64,000 bases of DNA. Origin: Asterionella formosa (lineage: Eukaryota). The position numbers were made by a program, and so were the translations under genes. How positions within the stretch are numbered: position 1 is the stretch's first letter; every line of letters begins with the position of its first letter. This document shows, piece after piece, positions 34,705 through 48,219 of the stretch. Under the pieces are notes generated by a model. It was not told the origin of the DNA. It worked only from the letters and a program-made list of their open reading frames with translations, and did no database searches. The stretch lies in NCBI GenBank assembly GCA_002256025.1, contig NKIB01012442.1, positions 1 through 64,000 on the forward strand, given 5' to 3'.

Positions 34705-37054
34705 ATGAACGCATCAGTGTCTCAATCAGCTCTACCATCCCCACGACCGATCAAAGCGTTACCAAAAGACGTCGTAGACCGGATAGCAGCTGGAGAAGTG
34801 GTTCAGAGACCGTCGAGCGTTGTCAAGGAGCTCATTGAAAACTCTCTTGATGCTGGAAGGTACGTTCGAGGAACGTTTGGTAGACTCCAGATTGACTTGG
34901 GACTGTTGGGACCTACTTTTTCAGCGCCATTCTCATGCACCTGACTCCCTTTGGGTCTTTCTATCACACATGCACACATACCTACCTACCTACAGCACCT
35001 CAATTCTTGTTCACGTCGAGAACGGAGGCCTCGGAAAACTGCAAGTTATCGACAATGGATGTGGAATCTCTAGAGATGATCTGGGATTGGCTGCGGAGCG
35101 ACATGCCACAAGTAAACTTCAATCAACTGAGGATTTCGACACACTTTCAAGCTTTGGTTTTAGAGGCGAGGCCCTTGCTAGTATGTCCATTGTGGCGCGC
35201 TTACAGATTGTCAGTCGTACGGCCAAGGTACCGACCGGATTTATGCAAACCTATCAGAACGGAGCACCCATTCAACCAAAGCCTACGCCTCAGGCTAGAA
35301 CACCAGGGACAACTGTTACCGTATCTGATCTATTTTACAACATGCTCCACCGAAAAAAACTAAAGGAGAGCGATGAATATCACAAAATTTTGGCTGTCGT
35401 GCAACACTACGCCGTACAATACCCTGGCGTTGGATTCGTTTGTCGAAAGCTACAGGCGAACAAGCAAATAATTGATCTTAATACAAACAACCTGTCGCCT
35501 GTCCAAGCACTGTTAAAAGCGAAAAAGGAGGGACATGAAACCACTGAACTACACGATAGTGCGACGATAGACGTTATGATCAACATCTTTGGATCTGCTG
35601 TCAAGTCCAATTTGGTCAAATTTGTTTCAGAAGCCAATGACAAATTCACGTACCACTGTCGAGGGTTTATATCGAACCCTTCCTATGCATCGTCGCACCC
35701 CACGAAACTTATTATGTTTATCAATAATCGTTGGGTAGAATTCATTCCTTTGAAGAAAGCTTTGGAAGGGTTGTATACAGAATTCGCAAAGACAAAACCA
35801 ATGATTTATCTCTCCCTGCAACTTCCAGGGAACGAAGTCGACGTCAACGTACACCCAACAAAGAAGCAAGTGGCGCTTTTGCACCAAGATGACATTATCA
35901 CTCATATTTGTGGGGCCATGAAAGATCTGCTGCTTTCTACAAGTCACGGATTCAAACAAGCATCTGTTGTTCCCAATCCTTACAAGCGAAAGCTTGTCGA
36001 AGTCAACGAGGCAGATTATTCTACTCCACCCAGCACATTACTTACCTCCAAATCTATTTCATTCTCGCAAGTTGTCAAGAAGTCTTCACCATCCATCAAA
36101 ATTAGGACAAGCAAAGCTGCACCTGCCGGAGCAATGGAACCCTACCTTGTTCTTCGTTCCACTGAAAAGACGATTGTCCAGCATGAACCTTCGTGCTCAA
36201 TGTCAAAGGAAATGAACCTTAGCCAGCCTGGTGCATTCGCTCAAAAGTGCACTTGCACATCAGTCATTCGAAAACAACGTTTGCCTCAAGTCCGTCCACC
36301 AAAGATCTTACCTTCTGAATGTGCTTACAAATCAATCCATTCGTTGCGATCAGAGATGGTTAAAAGATGTTGTCAAAAACTAAAGGATCTGTTCCGGAAA
36401 GAAGCCATTTTTGTGGGAGTGCTGTCAGACCAACGCTCGCTGGTACAGTGTGGAGCGGAACTTCAATGTTGGCATCACGGCAAAATCGCTGAACTCTTCT
36501 TCCAACAACTTGCACTTATTCGATTTGGAGGGACACAGATGGCAATGTTCGGGAAACCAGTGGACGTTAAACACACGATTGGATTCGCCCTTGAGCTAGA
36601 AGAGCAGTTGGCTAACGGCGTCGACAAGCCCAAAATTGAGGAGATCACTGAGACAAATCAAGATTTGGCGCGTCAAGCTGCGACCTGTCTCTTAGACCGA
36701 CACGAGTTGCTGGAAGAACACTTTTCGATAGGGATTGAAAGCAACGGCGACAGGATAATGCTTGTGGGATTGCCAATACTTTTGGAAGGGTACATTCCTC
36801 AGCTATCAGGCTTAGCCCTATTTCTTCTGCGGTTGGCCACGGAAATTAACTACAACGACGAAAGACCTTGCTTCCTGGGAGTATGCCGAGAGTTGGGCAT
36901 TTACTATGGCCACACTCCTGAAATGGATGTGCAGCACAAGGTCTTTCCAGCCATTTGCCAAATGATGATGCCGCCAAAACATATGGCTGACGATGGCACA
37001 ATCTTGACTTTCACTGATCTTTCCAGCCTCTACAAGGTCTTTGAGCGAGTATAA
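34705..37054 (+). CDS. MLH1: DNA mismatch repair protein MLH1; exons 34705-34859 and 34996-37054
   Basis: [47 protein letters not shown] and C-terminal LYKVFER. GT-AG intron at 34860-34995. Confidence 0.93.
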
Positions 37055-37437
37055 AAGACATACCAGTACTAGCCTAGGCGTGTCCGGATAGGCAAGATGA
37101 GAGTTCCATTTTTCCCCCTAATAGGGCTAGGATGGATCTTTGATCAACTTCAATAAGTTCAGACACATCATTTGGAGTAGGAATTCATTATTTCCACTTG
37201 GCTACCACAAATTAGTCGAAGGCAAAAAATAGTTATCTTGTACATGCACTCGAGTCAACAGTATTCTCCTTTACGCTCGACTCTGGAAAAGTTCTCCAAC
37301 TTGGAAGATCCCTCAATTCCCCTAGAATTGTTTAGTTTAGTAAAATCTTCATTCCACATTTCCCACGTCAAGGACAGGCAACATCTAGCTCGTGAACTCT
37401 CAAGATGGCCACCCAGGCCATTCTGCTTTGTTTGCTA

Positions 37438-40400
37438 CTATGCTCGACGACTTCCCGCCATGTTGTCCAACTCTTTTTGCCACACGCTGAGTTGCAATTC
37501 GCACTCATCGCATTCCTTGAATCTCACCTCTAATGCTCGCTTCTCCCTAGTGAGGTCTTCGTCCTTTTGTTTCAGTTGCTGGGCTAGCACATGCACTCGC
37601 ATTTGGGCTTCTTGACATTCACTGAGTGAAACGCGAAGCTCGGCTTCCTTTGTCTTCAAACTACCTTCCTTCTCACGAAGCTGTTGAGCAAGGCGTTTTA
37701 TACGCTCGTGGGCCTCACTGTATTCCGTTGCTTCAGCATCAACTCGCTTCTCTCGTTCGCAAATATCGTCCTCGGCTTTGCCTAAAGCAGCTTCGCGTTT
37801 CTGCAAATCACTCTCACGTTTTAAGATAGCTTGTGCCGCATCATCCACAAGCTTCCTTTCTTCCTCGAGACTTGTTTCGAGAGCAAATGAACGCTTTCTT
37901 GTCGAGTCTGCAGACAGCAAGCTCTGCGATGACTCAATCACCTTTTCCCGTTCATCCAGTTTCTTTCCTTTCGTCGTCAGGAACTTGTCTAGGTGCGTCA
38001 ACGTCACCCTGTCTTCTTCCAACCGTTCTCGGACTTTTTCCAACCGATCCCTCTCCTTATCAAATTCTGAGGTTATAATTGATCGCTCGTGCTGAAAAGT
38101 GGATTTCTCCTCATCCAGCTGAGAAATATCTGCGGTGAGGACTTCTTTAGCATACCGTAATGCTTCCGCTTGCATTGCAAGGTCCTTCCTAAAAATGCCA
38201 ACCTCCCGTTCTTTTTCGATTAGTTGCCTTTCCTTTTCCTCTAGATGCAACCGCAGAGTTTCCAAATGTTCACGATCTCTCTCGAGATGAACCATTGCCC
38301 TATCCATATCATCCTTTGCCATTTGGAATGAAATTCCTTCTTTTTCTTCATCGTGCAGCATTGTGATCCTCAACCATTTTGAGAATGCCGCACTGACGGC
38401 TTCTTTGTCGTCTCGCCAAGATTTCTGAAGAATACCTTCTATTCCTGATCGCCGAGAAACGTTCTGCAAATCAGTATGCTTCGTCTTTGCTTCAAGCTCG
38501 GACCGCTGAAGCCCGGAATACCGAGCGGCTATGTCATTCTCCTGTTAAGTATAGCGCATTGTTAGCGAAAAAGTGGATAATCAATTTCTTCGTCGTTGTA
38601 GTTGCTTACCTTACCCGCAAGGGATGTCAAGCGCTCATTGAATTCCTGTTCTGAAACTTTAAGTAAGGCAGTGTGCTCTTGTATTTGCCGTCTCTGTTCG
38701 TCTAGCAACTGTTCTTGTTTGTTGATCGACACTTGCTTTTTTTTCAGCTCAGAACGTTCCACTTCAAGCCGCTGCATTAGTGCGCGTATTCTCTCGCGTT
38801 CCTCCATCTCAGCAACTGAAGCATCTTCACGACCTGCGTTGAAACTTTTGATCGCAGCCTCAGCAGCTTCTGCCCGCTTCAACGCTTCTCCCAAATGGTA
38901 TGCCATGGCTGATTTCTCCTCCGTTGCCGACAAAGTCTTTTCGCTTTCCCCTTGCAGGCGATCCTCTAGGCCACTGACCACCTCGGTGTAGTAAAGGTCT
39001 AGCTTTGACCGAGCAACTTCTGATTCTTCCATTTTTTTCGCAACTGCCTTCAGCTCTTCACTATGTTTTTCTTGAAGCTTCCCAACGAGCTCCCCATAGC
39101 GAGTACTTAAATCTCTTGCCTCAACTTCGTGGCCACATCTTTCCGTTTCCAAGAGTGCTTGCATGCGCTCAAGTTCCCATGCCAACTCTTTATTTTTGAT
39201 TTTTTCTTTCTCCGAAGCATTGTCAAGCTGAGATAGCATCCGATCCAACCGCTCTCGCTTGGCTTGGCATTCTTCCTCGTCTTCATGTATCCGTACCTCT
39301 CTAAGTTGCAATGATTTCACAGTTGTGTCCAACACAGATCGCATTTTATCAAGTTTTTCAAAACGTTTCATTAGCTCACCAGCAACTTCTTCCTCTTGCT
39401 CGGAAAGTCTGTGGGCAAGTTTTGTAAGTTCACTTTTCGCTTCCTGCGTGAGAGCTTCGATTTCAGCTTCGGTTTCCAAAAAATGCTTTCGAAATCTCTC
39501 ATGTTCCTCAATTTCTGATTGCCTAAGCTCATACTCCCATTTTGTTTTTTCCTCAGCAATTCTTTTAAAGACTACGTCGTATTCGAGATGCTGATCTATG
39601 AGTTTCGCATGCATCTCTTCGTTTGCTTCTTTCAACTGCTTCATTTCAGATTTCAACGCTGCGAGTTGAGCTTGGTACTTGGTGTTATCGTCAACTGCGA
39701 TCGCACGACTCCTTCGATCTTCTTCCACAAACAATTTGAGCCTCGACTTAATCCCGTCAAGATCGCTCTTCTTGGTACTGATCTCCGTTTGAATTCTTTC
39801 AAATTCTTGATGCGCTTTTCCCATCTTTGCCTTCAATGCGTCTCTCACTGTTTTTGCATCTGTGCGGATCTTTTGTGTTTGACGTTCTGTCTCTTCCAGG
39901 TTGTCTGTGGCAAGAGCAAGTCTGCGTTCTTCCTCTAGCCTTTGCGATCTCAGTTCATCAATAGCCTGTTGTGTGAGGAGGAGTTTGGCCTCGTATGATT
40001 GCGATCTCTGAGCGAGTTCGTCGCCCCTTTCAACAAGACTGGATTCAACTTTGGCGAGTTCCTGAACTTTATGGGCCAGCAAGGCCTCCTTGTTGGCCAA
40101 TTGCTTTGTTTCCGTATCTATCTCATGTTGTCGAACTTGAAGGGTCTCTTCCCACCCTTCTAACTTTGCTTGTTGAGTCAATATATGCTGTTGATCTCGC
40201 TTTAATTGCAAACCTAGGATTTTTATTTCATTTCTGTCTTCACTGATTGTTTGCTCATGTTCCAGTCGCTCTGTCTGAAACGCTCTTTGCCTTTCTTTTA
40301 GGTCTCGTTGCAGGATTTCTAGCTCTTCTGCAGCCCCACTAAGCCGTTCCTCTTCTTCTACGTGAGTGGTCTCAAGATCCATTTGAGTCGTCTGTAAATT

Positions 40401-41309
40401 CATCAGTTGCTTCTGCAAGGATTGGACCTGTGCTCGCTCTCGAGAAACATTCTCGGTTTGTGCATTAATTCGGCTCTGGTTGAATGCGAGCTGCGACTCT
40501 TGCTGCTCCAAAGCCATGCGATGTTGTCTCATCTCTTCTTCCTTTTGCGCCAAGACGAGCTCGCGTTCCCTTAGCACTTGCTGTTCCCGTTCCAACTTGT
40601 GGCGACCTGACAGAAAATCGCTTGATCCATCCTCGATTTCTCCCAGTCGAGCATGGAGCTCTCTGTTTTCTTCTCGAATCTGATCTAGCAGCTGAGCAGC
40701 TTGCTTTCGCTCGGATTCAGCAGAGTTCTGCTGAGCTAATGCGCGATCGAGTTTCCTTTGAACATCACTTGCATTCGATTCGGCAGCTTGAAGTTTATCA
40801 TCAAGTTCGAGTTGTTTGCGCTCAGATTCTTCTACGAGGTAAATTTTCTGCCCTTCCAGTTGCTTTACCAAATTTTCAAATCGATGTATCTCTTGTTCCT
40901 GAGCTATAATCTTTTCTTCCTGCTGGTCCCTGAGCTTTTGCGAATCGTTGAGATTGGATTGAAGCGAGGTGACTAGCTGCATCAGTTGCTTTCTCATATT
41001 TTGCGACGCTGCCACAGACGACGAATTCGAAGCATCGAGAGAGACTCTTTGTTTCCGCTCCTCTTCGACTGAGAGGATCGATACTGTCTCTTGCGGGCTG
41101 ATACGAGAAACGTTCCACGGGCTTTCAATTTTAGTGTTGGAGACCGGTGTCGTAATGTCGTCTGATGAGGACATGTCGCGCCCAAGCTTCCGAGATTCAT
41201 CCCCATGCTTGCTCTTTTCAGCTTTCGGCGACATGTATACTTCTAAGGAAGCAGGGATGCGTCGTTGCCGGTTGCTGAGGCCAAAAGGATCGCCGGAAGT
41301 CTCTGTCAT
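37438..41309 (-). CDS. Long coiled-coil protein (~1267 aa); exons 41309-38610 and 38541-37438
   Basis: Two E/K/R/Q/L-rich heptad ORFs joined in frame by a 68-nt GTAAGC...CAG intron (LAGK|ENDIAAR). No recognisable catalytic domain. Confidence 0.8.
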
Positions 41310-41970
41310 TGTGAGATGTTTCAGGACGATGCAAAAAATGACAGTTTTGACTTCTATAATCGCTCCAAATCACCCAAAAAGCGCTTGAACAATAGATTGG
41401 TCGATGTAGCCTTCCTTCCCTATGCAACCATAGAAACAGATTCGACAGCTGCGAAACGCCTCCTTCTGACAAGAACTTTGATACTGATCTAATATGTAGG
41501 TACACATAATGCGAGCAACCATCTTGCTCGGCTAAGGTATAGCGGAATCATTTTGGCGCGCCCGCGATCACGTCGGGTTTTTTTGAATTTTACATGCATA
41601 CGCGGGTTATAGACATAGACTGTCCTTGCTTCACATATATACCGGTTTCATATTGTATTTATCAGGCGGCAGGTATAAAGAACTGTAAAATGTAGGATCA
41701 TCGCGGCTCCATATTCCATATGATAGGTGTACCCGTATATGAAGTGAATGTATGCCAGTAGTAGTAAGTACGTACGGTTTCGCTATATGATGGCAAATGT
41801 TGACCGAATTGGAGTTCTGGATTGTTTTGCTTGGTCCCTATGACATGGTTTAGAGATGCTGGTCTTTCTATATGATAGCTTTAATTAACACATAAATGGC
41901 TCCATCATCGAGCCAGCAACAAGAATCCATTCACGACAGGTTTCATGCCTGAGTCGTCGTAAATTCCTGC

Positions 41971-43320
41971 ATGAAGAGTATAATCCCACTTTCGCAGCTG
42001 CTCCTGACAGCATTGCTCCTTCCATGGAAGGTATTGTCGTTTGCATCTGCTTTCAAGTCTCCGAGACGATGGAAACTGCCCTTTTTGACAAGCACGACAA
42101 CGGAAATCCCCACAATTTCCTCTGAACCTCCCTCTTGGGAAGATATTGCTTCATATGTGGGAGAACTAAAGGAAGCAGATCCAGTTTTGACTCTTTATCG
42201 TGATACCAACGGATGGTGCCCTTTCTGTGAACGCGTCTGGCTCGCCCTAGAGGCAAAGAAGATTCCATACCAAGAGCGCTTGATTGACCTTCGCAACAAG
42301 CCGGATTGGTACAACGAGTTAGTTCCAACAACGTTGGTGCCAGCAGTCCTTTTTCACGGAGACGGAAGCACCAACGAGCGGAAAATCATTTGGGAAAGTC
42401 TAGATGTTATGAAAGCTCTCGACGAAGCCTTTCCTGAAACACCTAAACTCATTCTGGATAGTCCAGAGTACATGGATGCTGTTGAATTACAGAGTGAGGT
42501 ATCATCAGCGGGATTCGCTTTCGCCTTTGCTTTCAGAAATGAAACCCTATCCGATGCAGACAAGCTGGGGCGCCGGGAAATGTTTGACGAAGCCTTGAAT
42601 AAACTTGATGCAGCCTTGGCTTCTGCAGGAGGCCCGTTTCGACTTGGTTCCTACTTTAGTGGAATTGACGTGATTATGATTCCAACCATGGAACGATGGC
42701 GATACCAGTTGCCCATAACTGTCATGTATGACATATTGGAAGGCAGACCTTTTATTCAGAAGTGGTTTAATGCTATGGATGACTTTGCACCGTACTCAGG
42801 AAGAATTGCCGGTGACGAATACTCATGGACCGCTGCAGCAGCACAATTTCTTAGGTACTTTGGCGGTGGCGAGGGAAAACCTGATGTAGCGGCCGCAATT
42901 GTTAGAGCTGAAGATGCCGCGAAGTTGATTACTGGAATGTTCTCTCAAGTCGAGGGGACTCCGAGTAAATCCAGGGCGATGGAAGCCGTTGCCAAGTTGT
43001 TATCGAACCATGACGCTATTGTAAAGGATTGTACACGTCAAGACCCACTTTCACAACAGAGTATAGGTCGAGCCGACAACGAAAATGTCGCCGACAAATT
43101 AGTGAGATATGTCTCCTCTCTTCTACTATCTAACGATGCATTCGAGGTTGCCAGGAATGGACCCCTCCTGGATGTAGATTCCAACGAAAGGGCTGATGCC
43201 GCAGTCGCCGCTAGAACCATAGCTGCTCGCCTCTGCGTCCCAAGAGATATGGGCGGCCCAGCAGCAAGGATTCTTCGTGGGACACTAGCGATTGTTGCTG
43301 ATCGACTTGAGACGATTTGA
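41971..43320 (+). CDS. Cys-type glutathione transferase (lambda/omega/DHAR-like), probably plastid-targeted
   Basis: Signal peptide plus ASAF motif. Active site WCPFCERV, KPDWY, cis-Pro LVPAV, WESLD and a C-terminal helical domain. Confidence 0.85.
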   Translation: MKSIIPLSQLLLTALLLPWKVLSFASAFKSPRRWKLPFLTSTTTEIPTISSEPPSWEDIASYVGELKEADPVLTLYRDTNGWCPFCERVWLALEAKKIPYQERLIDLRNKPDWYNELVPTTLVPAVLFHGDGSTNERKIIWESLDVMKALDEAFPETPKLILDSPEYMDAVELQSEVSSAGFAFAFAFRNETLSDADKLGRREMFDEALNKLDAALASAGGPFRLGSYFSGIDVIMIPTMERWRYQLPITVMYDILEGRPFIQKWFNAMDDFAPYSGRIAGDEYSWTAAAAQFLRYFGGGEGKPDVAAAIVRAEDAAKLITGMFSQVEGTPSKSRAMEAVAKLLSNHDAIVKDCTRQDPLSQQSIGRADNENVADKLVRYVSSLLLSNDAFEVARNGPLLDVDSNERADAAVAARTIAARLCVPRDMGGPAARILRGTLAIVADRLETI

Positions 43321-43822
43321 TTTCCAGTTTTCTTGAATCAACACTTACAGAACTGCTTTCAAAGATTTTTGCTATAAATTCCGATGGCCTAGCACTATAA
43401 TTCGTAAAATGCACAAATGATACACCCCTAGGTCCAGATGTCCACATCGCATTCTAGACGAGAGAAAATATTGAAGTAGAACGTCATAGACACTATTCTC
43501 CATGACCTACGCATTGATACACAATCGTTGTTGGGTTGTAGTGAGGATAACTTTCTGTCATTCTAAATGCTAATCCTAAACCAGTAGTCGCCGCGACCTC
43601 GATTTGTAGAATATTTATACTATATATGTGTGCGTGAGTTACGTTCGGCAGTTTATGCTACCACTTGCGTGATCATTCGTCATTCAGGCGGCGTGTAGTG
43701 TGAATCTGTATATCCTAGCCAGCGCTTGAGATCGGGACAGCGTCACGAGACGAAGGGATTGTATAGCTAGAGTGTCTTGGAATATTATTGAGATGTCGAC
43801 TTCGCCGTGTTCAGGGCAGTAT

Positions 43823-45334
43823 TTAACCATCAAAAGGTCTATCTCCAGGGAAAGGGAGAGTCTTTGAGATCTCCAAGGTACGGTAAAATGAAAAGGGAAT
43901 AATAGAGAGCTTCTCCCACTTGTCAACGTAGGCTCGATGGTTGAGGGAGTCATAATTGTTCTCCTCGATCTTGGTCAAAATTCTGCCGTAGGCATCCAAT
44001 GAGCTCTGAACGGGCAGCCGACTCTCTTCGGAAAGCATGAACACCCCGCGGCGAGCCCGATCGTAATACTTTCGTGCTCGCTCAATCTGGAACTTCATGA
44101 AATTAACATAATTCTCGTCCATTTGTTGAGCAAAAATCTGCTCTTCAGTGACCCCGAATTTCGCCATATCCTGTCGAGGAAGATATATCCGCCCCCGTTT
44201 AACTGCATCTTCTCCAACATCTCGGAGAATATTTGTCAGTTGGAATGCGACTCCCAAGGAGAGTGCCGGTTCTCTGTGATGGACAAGAGGAATGTGAGGA
44301 AGTTGAAAACCATAGATATAAACGTTATCCATGGATTTTCTCTAAACCCACCTTGCGACATCTTCATTGTAACCAGGGGCACAACCGAAGATCGGCATAC
44401 TCATCAATCCGACAGTTCCAGCTACTCTGTAGCAGTACAAATGCAGCTCCTCGAAAGTATCATATCTGTCTTGCCCCAAATCAGGGACATCCATGAGCAT
44501 GCCTCTGATCATATCAACAAACGGGGTGATCGGAAGGTTTGGGTATGTGATGCGGACATCTAGCAAACAAAGGTCAAATACATCTTCGACCTTACCATAC
44601 CTCCACAGGTTTTCTAGTCTCAGTTCCCATGCACTTAGGTCTGTTAGCATTTCTGCATCGTTCTCCCGAGGAGCATCCACGATTTCATCGGTACGTCGAC
44701 ACCAAACATAAATAGCCCAGATCGCTTCGCGTGCTTTCTCTGGCATCAGCTGAGTTCCCATGTAGAATGTCTTGGCGAAGGCGCTTGTCACTTCCCCAGA
44801 CTCGACGTAGGCCTTCCTGACGATACTTTGCAATTGAAAATATTCCGATTTGCTGATCGTGGGGGCTTCCATATCCTTGTCGATCTCGAAAAAACCAGCT
44901 GGTGCGTTGGAGCGCAAGTAGGCCGCAACTTTTTGAACAGTCTCAGCGTCGGCGAATTGCCCAAGGTCGTGCCCAACCTCTGCAATGACGTCCTGATTAA
45001 TTCCGAGAATCTCTGTGGTGGCGAGATTCGTTTTGGTCTTCCCACCAATATCGGCCAATATGAGTTGCTCTCTGGCGGCGGCGAGAGCAGCTTCTGCTCT
45101 AGATTCACCCTTGATCGCACTAAAGTCGATCACGGCTCCCCCTTCCATAACTTTTCCTGAAGAGAGCTCGTTGGCAATTTCATCCTTACTTCGACCAGCA
45201 CGGCTTTCAGCAGAAGGAGGGACTGCCAGCGATTGCAGCGCAATTTCTCGGCTTGAAAAGGCTGGGGTGGCCATGAATGCAGACGTAGCCGCGAAGGAAA
45301 GCAGAGAGGCCACGGCGAATGCAGAGTATCTCAT
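43823..45334 (-). CDS. PSY: Phytoene synthase, plastid-targeted; exons 45334-44352 and 44273-43823
   Basis: Signal peptide plus TSAF, AKTFYMGT, WCRRTDEIVD, YCYRVAGTVGLM and QLTNILRDVGED. A 78-nt GT-AG intron joins DVAR|EPAL. Confidence 0.95.
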
Positions 45335-46337
45335 ATTTTTGAGAGTTCGGTAACAGCTGTGATAGCAATATTGAAACGTCAAGGCTTTAATACGTATTGA
45401 TGAGCGAACAGATTCAGAACAAGAATCGCGGAGTCTGTGTTTATTGAATTACTTTCTCTATCAGTTCTGCAAGTGCTCTAATGATTTATCTTTGATTCCG
45501 CGTTACTGCTTATGTAGCATAGAACCTATAGTCGTCAACAAGAAGTGTTGCGGAGTCCGGGATACAACGGGTGAAGACAGTTAGAAAACCGGCTGCCTGG
45601 GTTTTGTTGAAGTCAAGAAGTGCGTTGCCAAAAGAATCCACAGCGACTGGTTTTCTACTGCTGTGGTTGACTAAAGGTGCATGCATACCTCTAGCATCGG
45701 TGCACGTAGAAACAGCACCCGGTTGTATGATGCTTGATTAACTTGTGCTTGTGCTTCGCTCCACCTGCCATTGTCCTTGCCGCATTGCTTGATTGGCATC
45801 GGATTCATTCGACTGCTCCATTTCTTGTTGCCGTTGTGTTCCCACATGGCTCGTCGTCCTGAGGATATCGTACAGTATGATGTGTTCATTATTTTACGTA
45901 TGTACGGGCGGACCGTACTATAACCTCACGATGCGTACGTACATTGTGATATCACAAAGGATAGCTGGCGTCGTACCGGTATGCATGTGAGGAGCAAGCA
46001 AGCAAGCAATCATCATGGTGAGAATGCAAAACGGGACGGATGACGTAAGTGAGGATCGAAAGTGACGCCATCAAACAAGCAAATGATATCTGCCGTGTTT
46101 GGATTATAAATATATATATCCATACCGGTACATAGGTATACAAACTCGGTACAGATACTGCTACATACAGTAGCGGTAAAGCGATGCTCACTACGGTACT
46201 CCGCTGCATCATATGTAACATCATTTAATTAATTAATTTTCATATATTTTATTCCTGTAATAAAAATATCAACAAGATTTTCTCATTTGAGTTTGCAGCC
46301 ATAACTGAAGATACAGCATCCGACAAGTCCTTCAACA

Positions 46338-47586
46338 ATGAAAGTTTTCACTTTACTATTAGTCTCGCTAACCACTGTCGGAGCTTTCGCTCCATCGTCG
46401 CAATTTGGCGTGCGCTTTGTGCCTCTTCAGTTGGCATTGCACCATTCTGGTCTTGATGACGTGCCTCTTCACGATCGTCGAGACATTTTTTCAAAGGTCG
46501 CAGTTACTGCGTCTGTAGTGGGTGTATCTGCCTTTTTTCCGTTTGATGCGATTGCCACTGAGGGATCTGGAATCGGTACTGACCCTAACCATCCAATAGT
46601 TGTTGTCGGTGCTGGTGGGAAGGTACGTCAAACTGCTGGCTATGTCAGGACCAGAAAAGCAGATGGACTCACGATGACTCTGCTAATCTAAGTGTGGAAA
46701 GCTATGCACCGAGATCTTGAATCAAAAGGGGCTATACACAAAAGCGCTGACACGATCAGGCCGTGACGTACTCGGTTCTCCTTCCAAGTTTGTCAGCTAC
46801 AGCCCTGGTGATGTTACTAGTTTTGATTCCATCAAGGATGCAATAAAGGGAGCTTCGGGTGTAATATTTGCTGCATCTGCTAGTGGCAAGAAGAAGGGTG
46901 GAGATCCTGCTCATGTCGACTACCTTGGCGTTTACAATACCGCGAAAGCTTGTTTGGATTGTGAAGTACCTAAGCTCGTTGTAATTAGCGCTGCAGCAGT
47001 GACACGTCCCGAGAGTGCTGGATTCAAGGCAACTAACTTTTTTGTCAAGTATGTATATGGAGACAATATTATGGTACGTTCAATTCTTGAATTTCGCTCG
47101 CAAATCATCTTTCGCTTTGGTTCGTCAACTAGCTCAAAATGACTCCAGGGCTACAAGATCGCTGGGGAAGCCATCATGAGAGACTTATACGCTGCTTCGC
47201 CAAACAAGTCTCTCGCTTATTCCGTTGTGCGTCCTGGAGGTCTATCTGACAAGCCTTCGAAAGGCTCTTCAGTCGTACACGTTAGTCAAGGAGATGTCTT
47301 GGTATCGGAAGTCAGTCGCGAGGATGTTGCATTAGTCTCTGTTGCAGCCTTGCTCAAGGGCAAGGCTACCGATTTCACGACCATTGAGTTGAACCAATTG
47401 GAAGGTTTGGGCAAGGCACAGGGCAATCTTCCCGATGCACCCCCGCAGCTTATTCATGATGGAGCACCTACCTTTGATGCACTCCTGGATGGGCTCCTAA
47501 CAGATGAGGAGTTGAAAAAGTCCTACCCCTCCTTGGTGAGCGACTTTCGTGGAGAGGGCATTGAGTCCATTGAAAAGATTGTGTAG
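46338..47586 (+). CDS. Atypical SDR / NAD(P)-binding protein (Tic62/Ycf39-like fold); exons 46338-46622, 46693-47073 and 47149-47586
   Basis: VVGAGGKCG Rossmann motif, GDVT, VIFAAS, VDYLG, VVRPGGL and VSREDVA. Two GT-AG introns restore the frame. N-terminal GAFAP plastid motif followed by RR...AIA. Confidence 0.85.
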
Positions 47587-47825
47587 TCAGTCGAACATTC
47601 ACTGTGCTTGCAGAGATCGCTATATGATGCTATGTAGGCTACATAAAGTATTGAACTTCAAATACTGCCTATGAAAAAGAAATGTTCAGTTATAAATAAA
47701 TATATATATACTGCCTCTCATCATTTTCATAGGAGGACGAATCATGGCTGCACGACCACAAATGTGATTTTATAAGCTTCGTACTCCTTCCTGTGTGCGG
47801 GTATGCCTCTACCAGGTAGAGCCCC

Positions 47826-48219
47826 TGTTGTAGCACTAGTACTTATACCTATCATTGCTAGCCTTCTTGCTAGTTTACGCTGTTGACCTTTCTCTGTCAA
47901 TTCTCACTGTTTCTTTAACTAATAAGCTTAAACTAAAACCTAGTTTCAATTCCATTAATCACACATTTAGAACCTTTTCACTGATACAAACCTTCTTCTG
48001 ATTGATCTGAAACACATCATTCTCGTTAGCAAGTTATTTGGTCACATGGCAATGCTTCATTTGATTCACTGGACTCGAGTCCACAATTCTCATGACTCAT
48101 AATAACCATTGATACTTTTTACTACGGTTTTTTTTTACATACAGCCAAATGCATTTGACTCATTCACCACCAATACATACCATAATCGAGCTTGTGACTC
48201 GTAATAGTCATCGATGACA
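47826..48219. mobile_element. Solo-LTR-like repeat related to 1-308
   Basis: Collinear similarity to 1-308 and ends in TGACA. Left boundary and TSD not resolved. Confidence 0.45.
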
